Below, in pieces: positions 1 to 13,400 of a stretch of DNA of 64,000 bases. Made by a program: the position numbers and the translations under genes. The DNA comes from Ascidiella aspersa. Taxonomy: Eukaryota. The notes beneath the pieces are model-generated. The model made no database searches. It was not told the DNA's origin and was given only the letters and a program-made list of their open reading frames with translations. The stretch lies in assembly GCA_963924565.1 (NCBI GenBank), contig OZ004609.1, forward strand, positions 28,830,001 to 28,894,000. Reading direction: 5' to 3'. The first letter of the stretch is position 1. Each line of letters starts with the position of its first letter.

Positions 1-3000
1 GTACTTTGTTTTCTACCTTTCCAAGGACCCCCAACAGAGTTTTTTTTTTCGCTACCAAAGACACGCGACGATTTGCCTAAAGTTGTATCCTTCAGCAAGT
101 AAACGAAATTTGCTCACACGATTATCTTATAATGGAAAAGACAGCGTCTATTATCTCGTTCAATGAGCTAGCAAAACGGTTCGCTCAAGTAGGCCACTGT
201 GATCCGGGTTTGGTTGCCGTGGCCAATTCAGATCATAGCGACTGACCTTAGAGCGGCCGAAAAAAAATTGTGGGAAAGTGCCCGCTCGCCTTTTCGCTGA
301 CCCCGCGGCCCGCGTAATAGCCAAGCATTATGTCCCCGCGTTGGTCAGGTGTCGCCTTACCGGCCCGCCACTCCCCTGAAAGTTCACCGGCATCGGTTTA
401 AGCATCTCCCGGGCCGTCGTCTTTGATGCGGCCTAAATCTCCAGTCGTTAAATTCAATTTTCCTGAATTTCCTCCCAGCCCGGCTCCCCCACTCGATCTG
501 CTTTTGTTTGTCGCGTTTCGGGCGAGCCAAAAATACCATGAGCCCGCAAATCTCCTGCGAAAAAAAACTGGAACAAAACTCCCGCCCGTCTCGCTTCGCT
601 GCGCGCATCGTCGGGTCATTGACGACATTGAAACACCCGTTTCCTGTACGCCATACACAAGTCGGTTAAATGTGGATCACCGCTTTTATTCGACCCAATC
701 TAAAACTGAAATATGTCGGTATCGTGTATGTATACAGTCTTGGGAAGTCGCACCTGTGCTCAATGCTATTTTTGTGAATGCCTGTTGACACTAAATACGG
801 TATATTCAAAGCAAGAAAAAAATGAATCACATAGCCATGAAAGCCATGAAGTCGGGATGAGTAGGGGTATAAACCTTAAAAGTAGATTGTATCTTTAAAA
901 TTAGAGTGCATAAAAGATGAAACGATTTAGCATCGATTTTCCGCTTTAATATTGCACTTAAAAGCATTTAACATGCTGCGTTTCGAACCTGGCGAATTTT
1001 GAGGTCTCATAATTCGTGCCGTTTACCGACAATACGCTCGTTAATCATACAGTCATCAATTCGCGTATGAATGCGCTGTCCATCTGTAAATCATAGAGGA
1101 GGGGCCAAAAGGGTGCCGCGTCTCCATTGTAGCCCATAATCGTGCTGCGAGCTTTAATCCCAACCCACCGAGCTATCGACAAACGGTCATTCATCCTCTG
1201 CGCACAAAGTATTATTAAGATATACACTGGCTACGATGGCCCTGCTGTCAGCAGTCGCACTTAAGCCTTGAAAGCGAACTTATAGCGCAACTGTACGCCC
1301 GGTGCTGGTGGTCACGGACGATTTGCTTTAATGTGTAATGTCTGCCGATCGAAAACCTAAAGCTTTTTGACTTGGTCGTTCGGGGTGCGGCCACTCGGCT
1401 TTGAACTGACCCGATGGCTTAAGCCGCTCGTTCGTCTGCCTGGCATAGTTTGACGGTGAACCTTTGGTTTTCACGCAATTGAAACCTGTTGCGAGGCTAC
1501 GATCGTGTTATGTCGTCGTTGCATCGCGTCAAGGCGTTTACGAAGGTTTATGTTTTTTTCGTGTTTCCTGCTGTCAAGAAACGAAACGTAAATACTTACG
1601 CGACCCCCTAATTTTGGTGTATACCACAAAACCAGAGTCAATTAGAATCACATTACAATTTGCAAACTGCTGTTAAGGAACGGATAGGAAATTTATTTTA
1701 AAACTTAAATTCCATGTTTCCTGTTGTGCTACGTTTTTGGTCGAAATGCATTAAGGGCCTTCATTTATAATATTGCCTAAATAATTCCATTCACAAAAGG
1801 TGGCTTTAACCGCCATGCAAGCACAGAATATGTATAGTTGCAATAGATTTGCCAATTTGGTTGATTTGGGGATTTTTGTTGAAATACCCATAAACCAGTT
1901 TTCATTTGGAAACCAAGGTTAACCACAGGAACGAAACCCCCAGGTCAACTGCAAATCGAAAAAGAAAAATCAATGGAAACAAAATTGCATAAAACTCGAC
2001 CGAATAAAAATCTAGCCGACCGTGGCCAATCGTCCGGTCGCCCTCACTCCATCATAAGGCGAGCGAGACGACAGGACCGTTCCTCGCTAGACGCTCGCCT
2101 CGACTTTGACTTTCTGTTTTTCCGCCGCGTCTGGTGTCCTTCTGTCCTGGAAGCGCGCGTTCGCTCCCCAGGGGGAGGCTTGCAAGTTCCTGGTGGGACG
2201 TTTTTGATCATCCTGAAAATAAGTGTCGCTCGAGTCGGCCCGTTATTTGATCGGGGCTGAAGTTTGCGATGGGCGCAGACTGATTTGACTTGACTTTTGA
2301 AAGGTCAAGTGGAAACAATTGTTGACCTTTTTAAGTCTAAACATTTCTGTTCGCTGTGTTTTTAAGGTGCACATTAAAAGCTCCGATTTGTTTTTGTTTG
2401 AGCGGTTACGTCAGGTGTTGTGAGTTTAGTGACTTTCATAGCTTTGCTAATGCTGGGCGTCGTCACAATTTTTTTTTTTTTTTTTTTTAATTTCGAAGAG
2501 CATTCCAGCCTATTTTTAAAATCGACTATTTAAAGAAAGCTAGGTCGACATATTGTAAATGTATTGATAGCGTATTTACTGACTTCATTAATTAATCGCG
2601 TCGTTGATAAGAAGGGAATAATAAGAATTGTAAATAATCCATCTTTCCCTATAGTGCGATATTTCGACATGTTTAGTAAATGCTCCATTATATCCGTGTC
2701 ACGCTATAACATTTTTGTGTTGTTATTGTGATTGCGATGCTTCAATCAAACGGTCACCGCTGCCCAGTTTCTCTTTTTACCCTTAAATCCTCGGGATATC
2801 CGCAAACCGTTCCACCTGACCGGCGAACAGCATCACGACGGCCTGGTCATCAACAAGTGAGTAACTGACCGTGGGCGTGGAAAAAATTCGAACGTAAACA
2901 TTCTCCATCCGAATTCAGGCCGGGGCCTGATCTTCTGCGTTTTCGGGGATTAATGTTTCGTTTGAGTCACGCCGCTTCTTCGGATGCCCCCAAACAGCGG

Positions 3001-6000
3001 CAAGCGGGAAAACGGAAACGAGCTCTGTGTTTTTGCGAGTCTCTTGCTCATCGCAGCCCTTCCATTTCCGCACCCGGTTCCCACGTGAATTTACTGGTGA
3101 CGTCATGCACACACAGACGCCCTCCGGGCCGTGATTTATCTCCGATCTTAAAATTTGCGGTCGAGGAAAAATTTTGCGAATCGTTTTATTTCGTCGTCCC
3201 GAAGCGACCTTTTTGCGCGTGACGTAACGTCTGGGCGCCGCGTTTAGATGGAAAAAATCGCCTTTCGACCTTCGCCGTGGTCCATTAATATTTGACGAAT
3301 AGAATCCCGACCAATTTGTCTGCTGGACGCCGTAATGTTTAGCAGATGTCTATCTCTCCTAAAGGACAACATGGGGCGTACTAATTCTTTTTAAGTTTGA
3401 CTGGTGTTAAATTTTAGAACGTAGTTAATCTTACTCAACTTTACAAGCTGTATTGTTTTCTAAATCATAATTTAGCATTAAATTGTCTTTATGTATTACA
3501 TACACATATAGTCCGTAGAATTTTCCCAAACCTAAATTATTGTCTGCTGTTTTTGAATTGTGTAATGAAAACGTTGCTGGTTTAAATTCACTTGATCTTT
3601 GAGATCTAAACCCTCCCACTTCTTATTCATGCTTCGAATTTCGACATCACGTCACATTGGAATGCGAATATTCGATTTGTTACCGCCCTCCGATCCACTG
3701 TGTATTTGTCACAGCGAGAGAGACGCTTTTTATGCTCGCAATTTCGACTTTCTGTCAAGTCTTAAGTCTAAGCGCCATCGCGACTTTCCTCCGAAATATC
3801 CTTGTAGCTTACTCCTGTGCACGTCACAGGCTACAAGTCTTTAATCTTTCCTCGGCTTCTTTGTTAAGCCACCGATCGATGACGTGACTGTTTTATGACA
3901 ATGTATAAACTCGTCATAGCTAATTGGTAGCGACAAATGGATGTTTCCGACCAACGGCCAAACCTCATTCCAACCTCCCACAGGGAGGACATTGCCTTGC
4001 CATTTTTTGAACAAATAATTGCGTTTGCTTAACGTAGGCTCCCCCGTAAATCAAGTCGGGCGCATAAGTCGATATTCGATAATTGGCATCGGAATGCCGA
4101 AGACAAACCGTGTTTCTTTAATTTGTAAGGGCTGTAAATGGTCGGGACGCAGTCTATTTGGCTGCGTTTGCTAATATATTACGTGCCGAAATTCTGTAGC
4201 GAGTTGAACCTCCCTTTTGGATGTTTAGTGACTGAATAATTCAGGGCCTTGTTCACGCGTAATAGTTTAAGATAGCGGGTTTCCAATTTAATGTAATGTG
4301 ATAGACCCCTTGTGTTATCGAACGCGTCGCCTTTCCAAACGACGATCGAACTTTTATATAAAACTTTACACAATTGCTCTCCAAGCTGTTGGCACTAGGG
4401 CAGAGCAATAAACCACCAGCCTGGTTCATGTTATTGCAGCAAGTCCACAGCTTTCGTGCTGCAGTCGACCTGATGATAATTGCGTATAGCCACTACTCAC
4501 GTAACAAGTGGCTTCGAATTTCTGGCCGGATTGACCTGCTGCCCTTTACGGTGGTCATACAAGGAAGCACCGTGTCGCGGGCGCAATTAAACTCGTTCTT
4601 CGGCGTAATCCTATAGCGGGCCTTAACGAGCGTCCATGGTTAAATGTCAATCAAGATCGTCGTGCTCAATTGCTTCTCGTCCACCAACGCCAATCAGATT
4701 CGAGCTCACTGCACTTACCCATCAGTTTATGGCGAAATCCGTTTGGCGCGCCATCAAATCTTCGTTGGCCGGTGCCTTAATTGCCGGTTGCCGTTCGGCT
4801 GAAGCCCCTGTTCGAAATATAGCGTTTGGCCCACCACGTGCGAAGATCGCCCGCATCGAATCTCGGCAACTAATTGCCAAGCGCCGAGGAGCTATTTGCG
4901 ACTAAAAAAGGTAACCTTTTTGGCGAAACGCTTTAATTGTTTCGTAGCACCACCGCGATTGGCCACTCAAGCGGCTCTATACCGGGAAACCGCGAAAGGG
5001 CAGATGTTTGTTTTCGAGCGTCAGCACTTACCTGTCACAAACAAGCCGTCTTCCACGAAAACACATAAAAATAGTGTCTCACTGGGTGTAAGTTCTTTGT
5101 TTGCATTTTTAATGAGTCACTTTGCCTATACTGACAATTTTCTTTAACAAGTCGGTCCAAATAAATTTAACGTACAAGCAGCCCATACAACTTGTAGGAG
5201 AAGGTGAGGGGAAATGTACAAACACACACTCGACATATGTTAAGCGGTATGTACTGTACGCGTTCCATTTGGCATGCGTGATCAAAGCGCATCCTATACG
5301 ATCTTGTACTATCAAACTAAATGTGCCCGTCGCATTTGACGTGCGTACACTTGCGTCCGAAAATTTACGATTTCCTCGACATGGGACCTATGGCCCGTGA
5401 CGTGTTTCATATTTGAGCCGTTTGCGCCACTCTCCGGTTACTCATAAATTCCACAGCGGCCCCGTTACTGTTGCTGCCACTTTACCAGTAAAAACAACGA
5501 TGTCTCATCGTACAGTGTATACATGTTACCAGCAGGTCCAGTTACCCTTGAACAGGATCGCATTGCAGTCATGCTATATTATTCGTTTGGAATTTGCCAT
5601 TGACGTGCGTTTGCTAATCTCCCTGGAATATATTCGCATCTTCCATAATTCAGTTAGTTTAACGAACTAAGCAGCGAACGCGCCTGCATAACACGTATAC
5701 GGTCACATTATCCCCATCTGATACAGGGGTCTCTGAAAGGTGAAGGTGTGTCTGCTTGTGTGAGGGTGCCCACGATATCCTGTTCACGGCCCCAAGGGGA
5801 CTTCACAGCCCGCGTTCGGCGTGAAATGAAATCACCGGCGCGCTTGAAGTCGGCTAAATTGTCTGCGAAGTCGACGACTCACAACTGCCTGACTCGTACC
5901 TGTTGTGGCCAGGAAGGAAGCGCCGGTAATTTTGCATCAGTCGTGGCTTTCTTCTCGAGGGAACCCGGGCCTATCTACCACCACTGTTGCCTAATTGGCA

Positions 6001-9000
6001 TTTTAGCCAGTGACTTGGAGCCGCGATGCTTGATACTGATATTATGGAAGAATATCTCGCTGATAAACTCACCCTTGACAGATAATGTCCTAACATCCCC
6101 CTCGCAGCATTAACACGGTCGATAGTAATTATGCAATAAATTTAAATGATCAATAATGAGGTGTTTTGGAGGGGTCGTTCTATAGTGGAAGCAAAGCAAG
6201 ATAAAAACTCACAAGGAGACAGTTTGTTCTCCTGCTTACCACCGATTTTAATGATGTCGCCGGTTCAAAGACCAGCATCCTGTAACCGCAATCTACCCCT
6301 AAAATGTCTGTTCGCGCGTCTTATCTCTGTCCTCCCAACAGTGTTCGAATACACTTCAGCGGAGTAACCGAGATATCCCGGATCGCCAAACAGCTTTTAG
6401 TGCTCATAGATGATCGGAATTTATTCCCGACGGGCCTGAGCTTTCGACCCCTTTATCTCGTCTTGTCTGCTGACGATAAAGAAGTAATGGAAGAGCGAAG
6501 TTAAACTGTATATTGTCGCGACACCGGACGTTTTCGGCCATTTTACCGTGTAGACTTAATTTGGATGTCGCCAATGACCAGGTTACACCGATCAAGTCGC
6601 GACTGTGGACCATTGTAAACAGCGGTGAACTTTTATTTTAAGTCCATCTTCCAGATGCATCTTTGAGATGTCTCCTAGCCCATCCGGTGACAGCACACGC
6701 GATTGGTAAGTTCACAATTAACGCACAAGTCTCTGGCGCCGCGTCGAAATTGCCCTATCCGGTTTCCAACTTTCTCTCCCCGAAACATGCACTTTAAGGC
6801 GTTCTGCCGTTTCCGGTAACCCCAAGCCGGCGTTTTAGCTCGAAGCTGAAAGGGAGGTCGAGCGTTTGATGTGTTTCCCTTCATGCCGAATGCTGCTCCA
6901 ACGCCCACTTGACCCTGGATTGTGTTTATTTTACTGTTTTCCGGACCGCGCACACGCGCCCTTCTGTAGATTTTGCGACGCTCGCTCGCAGCTGAGACAT
7001 ACAGGCGCAAAAGGCCAGGCGATGGCCCGTACATTTGCTCTTTTTCATTGTCCCACTTATCCTACAAAATGATCTGGCCTCGTGTCAAACCTAACTTAAC
7101 GCAACTACGCCGTGAAGGAACTCTTGTACCAGACGTGTTTTGCCCGGGCGCAATGTTTGCAGGTTAACATGTTTAAATGCTCGAGTGGAAATAAGGGCGT
7201 CGTCCTTGTATTTTTCTTTGGCAAACACAGTCTTGCTTCGTCGGTTGGGCAGGCGCCAGGAAAAAACGCAAGAGTTGATTTTCGGCGTTCGGCCGCATTC
7301 GTCCAGGAAGCTAAGTACGCGGCATCGCTCAAAATGCAGGATACCATTAGCGGTTGATTTGCCCTATTGTTGCGGCTGTATTGCTATGATTCGACTGGCT
7401 ACGGCATTGACTGGCACGCCGGAGCCTACTTACAGCCACCGACAGCGCGGCAAATCGCGCGCCCGAAGGTGCCATTTGCGAGATTACATCTGCTCGCGCG
7501 CTGTTAGGGGGACGCGTTAGGGCGAAAATCAAAGATGACACCCTTTCATTTGCGCGGCCGCGGCGCTGATATCAGGCGCAACGAGACTGCAATTTGCGGC
7601 CGCCCTAATGCAGGCCTGGCCTTTCCGCCCGCCGCGGCATTCTTTCCATTCCTGGGCTTTCTACTCCAGCAAGTCTTGTTTCTGAGCCCCGGCGACTGGT
7701 TGCTGTATGTGGCGATCGTAAACGTCCCCTTAACCATCCAAGTAACCACGTTTCCGCCCGCGCCTGGAGACGCCCTGGGTGGCCGATGAAAGGGGGTATG
7801 GCAAGTTTGAAGAGGTAAATTTTGTTTGCGCACGCTGCTCGCCAGGGGATTATTTTTAATGTCCGCCCAATAACGCAGCGTCCCCCTCTTATCACCAGAT
7901 CTCGCGTTCCCTGCTGACCTGTGCGCCTTTGCCGCATGCTTATTAAGACGTATTAGGACAGGCCTGACCCACATCGCCTGTTTTTGGTGGCCGTCGGTTT
8001 AGCGCGAGGCATGTTATTTGTGCGCATTGTTGAACTAGCCTACTTGGCGTTTCGCTCACACGGGAATCGAGATAAATCCTTGTACAACAACGCGCTGCAA
8101 GATAGGCTACAACCGTCCCGCCATGTGGTCAGTTTTAGCCGAGTTTGCTGCCCTTCCATCAGCGAGAAAATTCCGAATTCCCGTGCCACAGATGCGTCTT
8201 CTCCAAAAAGCGGCTTTGTCGCATTCCAACCTTTTTTAACAGCGCGAACGGCCTGGGGAGGCGAAAGACAACGCAGTCAGTTTAGTTCTGACGAAAGCCA
8301 CTTGGCATTTGGCGGCGATAAGCCCGCGTCCGCGCGCCGGTTTCAATCTTATCGCTCACTCTGCTTGGCAATGAATCTGAAAGCCTTGACACACACCGGT
8401 GGCCTAAGTAGCGCTTGTTTAATTCCCGAACGGGAGTACGGCTCCTCGCCGTTTTATCAGGCGTCCTTCAAAACCGGTTGAACGCCCCAAAAAAGCGGCG
8501 CTCTGCTGTTTTTCCAAACCGCGATGTGTTTTTGGTCTTCCGCTGCTCGCAATACGCATTCAGGCGATCAAATTAAAATCTTGATTGGGCGCGTTCTGGG
8601 CAATGAAGGAAACGCACTTTAAATCCGGAGCACCGCAGATCGTCGTTCGGGGCCCAATTGGTTGCGCTTTTGGCAACCTGTCTTCTGCACTTGGGGAACC
8701 TAGCCAGGGTAAAATCAGTTAAAGCGACTTCAACCGACCACAAAAAGGCTTCGAGCAATTATGGGAGTTTGTCGCGTAGGTTCATAGCAATACTATTGGC
8801 GAACTTATGGACGATGCAGTTGGTGACAATGAACAGTGGGGACTTACAACCCTTGTAAAACCGAATTTAAAAATCATTACTTGTTGCCGCCCTATTTGCA
8901 TCTTGGTTGAACAGACGTCCTTCTTATAATGCATATGAGAATATAAGATTTTTGTTACGTGACTATTGAAGTGATCATTGATATTGAAAGTTGTGAAATA

Positions 9001-10376
9001 CACACAATAAATTCCTGTGAGTATACTGTATGTAATCCTCACCCGACCTTTTTTAGAGATTAAAGTATAGCCTACTTCCTTCGATAACCTATTTCTGTCC
9101 CAATGACGTTGTCCACACGTTTTACGTCAGAAATTGCACTGCCAAGTATGTTCCGTATCAAAATGGAGCGCGACCAAGACGCTGTCACCTTGACGAGATG
9201 GGATGCGGGTTTTTTGCGGTTAGCCGAAAATGGAAGCTTTGTTTTCGCATGCGGTTGCCGTGGGCTTGGCGCAAATCTGAACGCAGACCTTTTACAGCAA
9301 ACCGCAGAGCCCTTAATTGCTGCATGCGTTTTCCGGCCTTCTTTAACCCCGTGTGCCCTGAATCCCGCCCGGGGACAAGGCCGTCGGGCACTCGCGGCCT
9401 GCTGCGGAAATGCAGCGCTAATGTGCCTCGCTGACTGACAATCGGCCGCGCATTCCCGTTACCCCTACACCAGTTTCCGCCCCTCCGGCGCGCGCCCAAC
9501 TTCAAACGTCCCTTGCCTAACCTGGAGGGTGCTGGGTGAGAGACGGGCAGGATTGCATGAAAATCAACAACGCCTCGAACGGCGGGCTCGTGACCCGCGA
9601 CTTACCAGCTATACGGTGAAGGGTGCTGCTTTGATTTTTTTGTATCCGTCGAAAGGTGGTTAGCGTCCACTTAGCCAGCCGATCATGCGCAAGCAAGCGC
9701 GCCATGCCTGCTGGGTTCGACTCTCTCGCCGATTTCCGGCCCTCGGCGTTCAGTGCCTGTTGATTTTCGGTGTCGCAACTGTTCAATCGTGACCGGTACT
9801 GTGTGAAGTCTAAATAAAGCGGTAGTTACACGTCTGTTTGCTATATTTGAATCATCCGTCTGTGTGTACTTATTTGGTCTGTCCTTTTTGTGGGAAAAGT
9901 TTTTGGGATTTCGCCTCGATGCCATAATATTTTTCATACATAAAGCTGTTTGTAACAACGAGCCAACAATAAAATATACCGTGGAAAAATACTCTTTGCA
10001 AGGTGGAATCTATTACCCTTTGAAAATTTGCTCACTGACAACTACCCATTACAAACACCACCGCTTTTATTTTGTTTCTTTGTAAAACGGAATGAACTGA
10101 GCTACAGTGAATCGTTTTCGCGCCGCACACGAGAGGAACCGAGAGCGACAGCGAATATCGATCGTCAGTCCGATATTTCGCCATGGATTTATCGACCGTC
10201 GGCCGGCACAGCGGCACGCCAACTGCCATGTTCCGCCTTGCGATGCCTCTATCAGGCCCTACCACCCCCTCGCCCCAACAGACCCCTCTTCGATCGCTCA
10301 ACTTGCATGTCAGTTCTGACGGCGGCGCGAGATTACATCATATTGCAATTACTTGTTTTTGGTGGCGGCTTGGGGA

Positions 10377-10416
10377 CGCCCGGAGCCGCCCGGAGCCGCC
10401 CGGAGCCGCCCGGTGC
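10377..10416. repeat. Short tandem repeat (CGCCCGGAGC) x ~4
   Basis: cgcccggagc three times plus cgcccggtgc, read directly. Confidence 0.9.
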
Positions 10417-13400
10417 CCTATTGCGGTATCGATCCGGGCGTTATGCGGAGCCCGGCAGCGGCAAGGACATCTTGTAAATTCGACTTTGTCTCTCAATTTG
10501 GCTTTCCACCGATTTCGTGGCCAAGGCGGGCTCCGGCCTGGCGGGCGAGTGTTCGTCCGTCCCCGCTTGACGAAAATGTTGTATTCGTGCACTCAGAGAA
10601 TTGCGGCACAATACAATATGGGCTTTGTGTCTGTCGGTGTGAATGCCACTCGCCGGGTCGACGCGCAACGCATGAATAATTGAACGATGAAAATGAATGA
10701 AGTTTTGTTGATTTGGTCGAAGTGCATTACCTGAAAGTTTCCTGTTATTATGTTTCGTTCTGCTGCAACCCGGAATTACGGGCTGTTTAACGTTGTATCC
10801 GAAAGCGAAGCAAAGCAAAGCAAGCGTGAGTGTCAATGCATATTGTATAATATAAGGTTGAGTCGGCCTTTTTGGCTGCAGAAACGTTTTGCAAGTGCAA
10901 TTTTCAAGTGCCGCTTCTTCTGTTAAGTACTTATATAGCTTATCCCACAAATGTCCTGCTAAACGTTCGCCATTCCAACGGTTTTAATGCGGATTCTTTC
11001 GAACGCACGTAATATGTAAATACGGGTGTGTCCGGTTGTCTCCGTGGCCTTCTATTTTAAGCCGACCGACCCAAATCCAGCCCAAGTCCATAGACGTCAT
11101 CACCGCAGCGTGGCAACCGAATTCGGTCAAGGCGGCGACTTCTATTGCGGTGTTTTGTAGCGTGTCATCAGATCGCGACCAGGTCGAATCGAACTTCCGA
11201 TCTGTCGACCACGGTTTGTTTTTCTTGCCACCATCGCCGACTGATGCTTGGTATTTAACCACGCTTTGAAGTCGCTTCAGGAGATTGCACATAAACCAAA
11301 GCGCTATAGCAGCATTAAAGTGCCGCTTTCAGTGTTTTTGGGGATGGAAAGCACTGGGACACTTTAATGAAAAATGAACATTCCCGCGGTTAAATCTGCC
11401 CTCGCGATAAGCGCCCGTATAAAGCCCCATGTTGTAACAGCAGCAGATCCCGGCCAACGCCGCGCTTTCCATTAACAAGCAAAACGACGTTGTCCCCCTA
11501 AAGGCGCATTCCGAAACTCGGGGCGGTGTATGGCTCTGAGCTATATCAACAGCAGCACCTTGCCTGTCGAGCGTTTGCTGCGGCGCGGGGCGGCTTCTTT
11601 CACCGGCCGTTGCCTCGACTGACGGCGAGGATGATTTATTGGCGTGCGCGCTGCCGAAGTCGTGCTCTAGCCTAAGCCAGGTTTCGTGAGAGCCGGCGTG
11701 AAGCGGCGATTTTCGCCTTCGCGCCAGAGGAAATTTGCTTAAAATGCTGATTCCGGCGCTAAGGTTTATTGATTATGTTTTCTACCCTAGTGAATCCGAT
11801 TTTTAGCGCAGGACGACGTTTCGGACAAACCTAGATCAATTTCTACGCGCCACTTATGCAACCCATGCTTGCAGGGTTAAATGGGGACAGGCGGGGTTGG
11901 ACAAGGGGTGTCATTCGTCATTCGGGACCTGTCAGCTTTGACATGCAAGCCTACGCGAGCCGTCGGGTCCCCTTTCGCCCCTTTCCCGCTTATTTTACAA
12001 TTTAGCTGGCTGCTTCCGTTTGATGTGATCGCCGCTCGCTGCCCCGTTCACAGGGTCGTGTTTTCGCTCGGCTTAATTAGCCCTAACGCGGCGAAATTGC
12101 GCGCTAAGAGCACCAGCTCCGACTGAGTGGCGTTAATTCGTGCGAATTTCGAGCAGCCTTTGAACGAAAGTCAACACCGTGTTTATTGACATTAGGAATA
12201 ATATTTTCTATGTGGTCTTCGATTGCGGCGTCACCTTACAGATCCGGCCGAGCGTAATTGTTCCGCCGAACAAACGGAAAACGCGCTCCCGTTGCCTGTG
12301 ATCTCGCCAAAGCGGAAAACGATCGGAATAATAAACAATAAACACCGAGCGCGCTGTTGTCTTGTCACCGGCGATGACGGATACGAACGGCGTGTAGTAG
12401 CTAAAAATAGAAGCCCCTAAACACACAAGCTGCACGGTTGCCTTGAGTGCTCCGCCCTTGTCCCACTTCCAGAGTTGCACGTGGCCCTGAAAAGGGGCCA
12501 CTGTTATTTTCCCGGCAGTGGTCATTGGCAGTCAGTCGAATCGTTAGCGGCTCCGCGCGCTTGCGTCTGGGGCAGAACGCTAACTTCTCGTGTCTTTCAA
12601 CGCCCTGTTACTCTCCCCTTGTTCTCAAGGAGAGATTTTTCCTGGAAAATTTGGTGCGTCGATTTGTTAGGTTACGTCGGCGATTTAAATCTCGCCAAGC
12701 ATATTGTCAATATCGCGCCGCGGGAGAATTTACTTGTTACTGTTCAAAGCGAGCGCTTGACATAACAGCGCTTTGTCCGGTGTTGCAATGTTTGGAGTGT
12801 CCGTGCTTTTCGGGCGGTCGGCCGGCCAGCCAGCGACGACCCGTGTGCGAAAGAGTGTGATTTTTAAGGCAAATATTTGCGCCGGCGTTTAGCCGAGTCG
12901 GGCGCCCGCGTTTAAGGCCAGCACGCGCGCGCGAGCCAAGATTGTCGGGAAAGAAAAAAACTGTTGCCGGTGCGAGTCTCACTTGTTGACAAAGTCATCG
13001 GTTAAGTCGCCGTAACGCGTGATAGACGAGGTGCGAAAATCGCCGGGCGCGCAAATTGTTTTGAAGTTAGTGCCCGAAGGTCGACCAGAAACACCATTAA
13101 CAAGCCCGCGTTCACCAAAAATTTACACAAACAATTACACGCGTCTTCATTTGAAGTCAACCGGCGGCGTGGTTGCCAAGCTGAGCTCAATCCGGTGCCA
13201 GTTAGGACGCGTCAGTCATCGCCTGCCAACACTGACAGCACCGGCCCAAGGATGTTTAATTGGAAGACTGGGCGCGCTGACAAGCGTCGATGATAAGGTA
13301 CGGCGCACCGGTGGGCCGCGACTTTGACTGATAGATATTGCGCCTCGTCTCTTGTCTTTGCCTACAAACTGCGCCGTCGCGTTATTTGATCGAGAGGGCG

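Noticed and set aside
2770-2862. Possible Robo exon ending caa|gtgagt
   Set aside because: The translations I checked resemble neither Ig1 nor a signal peptide, and there is no good acceptor.
9650-9730. tRNA/SINE-like B box GGGTTCGACTC
   Set aside because: No cloverleaf or convincing A box; at most a decayed remnant.
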